DNA from: Phoronis australis
Lineage: Eukaryota; Animalia; Phoronida
DNA: 64,000 bases
NCBI GenBank assembly: GCA_002633005.1
Contig: NMRA01000042.1
Span: 828,388-892,387 of the forward strand
Reading direction: 5' to 3'
Shown: piece after piece, positions 61,583 through 64,000 of the stretch
Position numbering within the stretch: the stretch's first letter is position 1
How the letters are laid out: each line of letters starts with the position of its first letter
Notes under the pieces: model-generated
The model's database searches: none
What the model was told of the DNA's origin: nothing
Seen by the model: only the letters and a program-made list of their open reading frames with translations
Program-made: the position numbers and the translations under genes

Positions 61583-63405
61583 TCACACTTGGTATATATG
61601 AGCAGTCCTCATTTCTCGACTCGCATTGCAGGATAACAGCGAACACAGCAAAGCACTTCCTGACGCTGCCATGGTAACGTAATACGCCCAAGCTAACTGG
61701 CATGTACCTGTAAAGAAAAAAAATGCAGTTCAAGCATTTATATTTAAATTTCCGAAATTTTACGGACAACAGCCAAGTACAATGGATTTTCAAATCTACA
61801 AGAACAATATTAATCTCGCTTAAAAGGATAGCAAACTCTGCTGATTTCAACTAATTCTCATTTTGTCACCTGCTAATCCAGCATTGGCATCCCAACTTGT
61901 ACAATCTGTACCACAGGTTGGATATTATGGTTCTTGGAGGGTAGTCTTTCCCTACAGTTGTCATATGCAACTTGCCTAAAGCATAGGTCACCCTCGCCCA
62001 TTTAGCAGACGTTGAAACAAGTTTTCATATTTTGCTCCAAACTTTTGAGGGTTGTGGAAGGTTACACATCATTATTTCGTTTCAGAGAACTGCCTGGGAA
62101 AGTTTGTTAATGTTTGTTAATACGCCAAAACCGAGTTTGGCAACCATTTAAGAGAAGTCAATACTTCTATGTGAAAAACGCTGGAAGGAATACTTGTCTG
62201 AAGTGACTGATGTTCCATTAAACCTTTGAGACATCGAACAACAGTAAGAATGTGTATTGCATAAAGACAAGGGGCCTGTTCCAAGAAACTGACTTAAGTT
62301 CATTTTTTACTTAAATTTAAGATTTGTCTGAACTTCCAGACTTTGAAACTTCCACATTCGGTAAGTTAGTCAAAATTAAGAAAAATTTATGTTAAACACT
62401 TAAGTCAAACTTAAGATCTCTTTCTTGAATTAGTTTTGAGACAAATTTAACTTTTATTTTAAAATTTACTCAACTTTAAGATTTGTCTTAGCTACTGAAG
62501 TCAGTTTCGTTGGAACGGGCCCAAGGTCTAAAGAAATTGGCAGCAATGCAGAATCAAACCCACTAACTCTGCATTAACAGTGGACCACCCTACCCAGTGT
62601 TCTCCACAAAAGAAAATTCAAACTCTACTGAAATTACAAAATTCAAGAATACGTTTAGAAGTCCATGTTCACGCTGTGGGTAGTTTGTGTGTTGTCTTAG
62701 CATTGAACTGTTACTGAAAATCCACACTGTCCTAATTTGCTTAAAAATAACTAATCTCTAATACTTTGAACTTATTTGCATAGATTTCAACTCGACGCAA
62801 GTAAGCCAAACTCGCCACAACAAAAGCCAAACTCAACGCAGTGACAAGTCAAAGCAGCTTGTAGAGAGCACTGCTACCACTAAGCCCAATCCCACTCCAA
62901 GAGTTAAATACCAGAGTAATTTAAACGTATCTAAATGGTAAAGACATCAGCTTTAATTTTAGCGTATGTCTGGAAGACAATGAGAGCATTGACGACCACA
63001 AAAAGACAACAGATTTTGTTGTTTTATACTTCTGGTCAAAGCTAACAACTGCAAGAAGTCTATTCATTGAATAGTCATCCGAAGTATGTTTTTTTTTTGG
63101 TTGCAAAAATGACAATATCCCTTTAGTTTCTTGATGATTACAATTGACCAGCTTACAATCAACAGGGGTCATTGGAGTCTGGTGCTGTGGTGCATCCCAC
63201 TTTTTTACACCCAGAGCTCCAAGTTGTCAGTTACCATTTTGACAAATGAGAAAAAACCTGATCCAACACAAGCCCCTCCCCCTCCCATCTTGCACTGCTA
63301 TCTTACCTAGATGGTATGCCTCAGATGACCCTCCACATGCTGCCTTTACCTCCATGCTGTCCCAACCATTGGGATAAAGTACACAGCCTGCACCAATCAG
63401 TAGTC
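61583..63405 (-). CDS. LHFPL6: LHFPL tetraspan subfamily member 6-like, last two coding exons (5' exons lie beyond the window)
   Basis: complement join(63405..63307,61707..61583) translates as GLLIGAGCVLYPNGWDSMEVKAACGGSSEAYHLG|TCQLAWAYYVTMAASGSALLCSLLSCNASREMRTAHIYQV*. This matches the LHFPL6 pattern GLLIGAGC.LYP.GWDS.EV...C.......LG.C...WAYY. Phase-1 GT-AG intron. Confidence 0.85.
62272..62522. mobile_element. PIF/Harbinger-type MITE in an LHFPL6 intron
   Basis: TIRs GGGCCTGTTCCAAGAAACTGACTT / AAGTCAGTTTCGTTGGAACGGGCCC with a 3-bp flanking duplication AAG. Confidence 0.65.
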
Positions 63406-64000
63406 CTGTAACAACATGTATACTGACTGAACCAATCAATTGACTTGTAACAAAATGTTGGACAGGCCTCTTTTGCTGTTAATTGTACAGTACAAGTAAA
63501 GCTATACATGAGAGCATTTTAAATTGCAACAACCAAAAGAATCCCATTATTTGCAAACTCTTGTATTCCTAACTTATTGACACACCTGCTAGATCCTATT
63601 GCAATTCGGTTCTGTATCTCTTAATCACAAAGATTGCAGCTGCAAAGTTAGAATGCCCGGCTGTTCAGAAAGTAGGGAACATCTGCAGAGAAATTACCCT
63701 TTCACAGGGGTTTAATCCAGAAATACTCCACCCTTGAGTTAATTCCATGAACCTAAACCTTTTGAAGGAATGCTTGGATAGTTGGATTCTCAAACCATGA
63801 GCTTGAAACAATACAAAAAAATATGCTGTGTTTTCAAGAAATGAGAATATCTATTACAACAAATTTTAAAAATATAGGAAACAGTAAAAATCTATGTAGC
63901 TTTGAGTGTTAGGAGAAGGAACCTTTTGTAGATTTTCAAATTCACAAAGTTACGTAATCCTTTCCTAGGGAAACATGGCTTGTGAGCAGCACACTCCACA

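Overview
Intron-rich, AT-rich animal genomic DNA, probably from a bilaterian invertebrate (inferred from gene content and repeat types). Host genes reconstructed by hand: a FAM151B/menorin-like gene (+, 3 coding exons, 20215-27252), an AUNIP-like gene (-, 32325-27817), glycerol kinase 5 (+, 15 coding exons, 35104-55671) and the last two coding exons of an LHFPL6-like gene (-, 63405-61583). The first 20 kb is almost all mobile DNA. It starts with an intact, intronless TatD nuclease ORF sitting just upstream of a polypurine tract and an LTR-like segment, which suggests cargo of an LTR retrotransposon. This is followed by a three-level nest of DNA transposons (Kolobok-like > CATAGAC element with 8-bp TSD > AcademX relic), a LOA-like LINE relic, a 3.3-kb 57-bp minisatellite, and a ~176-bp satellite whose 18-bp inverted arms enclose a 7-bp spacer found in both orientations. 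Five DINE-1/Helentron-like elements in introns carry phased, co-oriented arrays of CTCF-consensus motifs about 145 bp apart. The most notable candidates are the TatD-carrying LTR element and the CTCF-array Helentrons. All family assignments come from recognising motifs by eye; no database searches were run.
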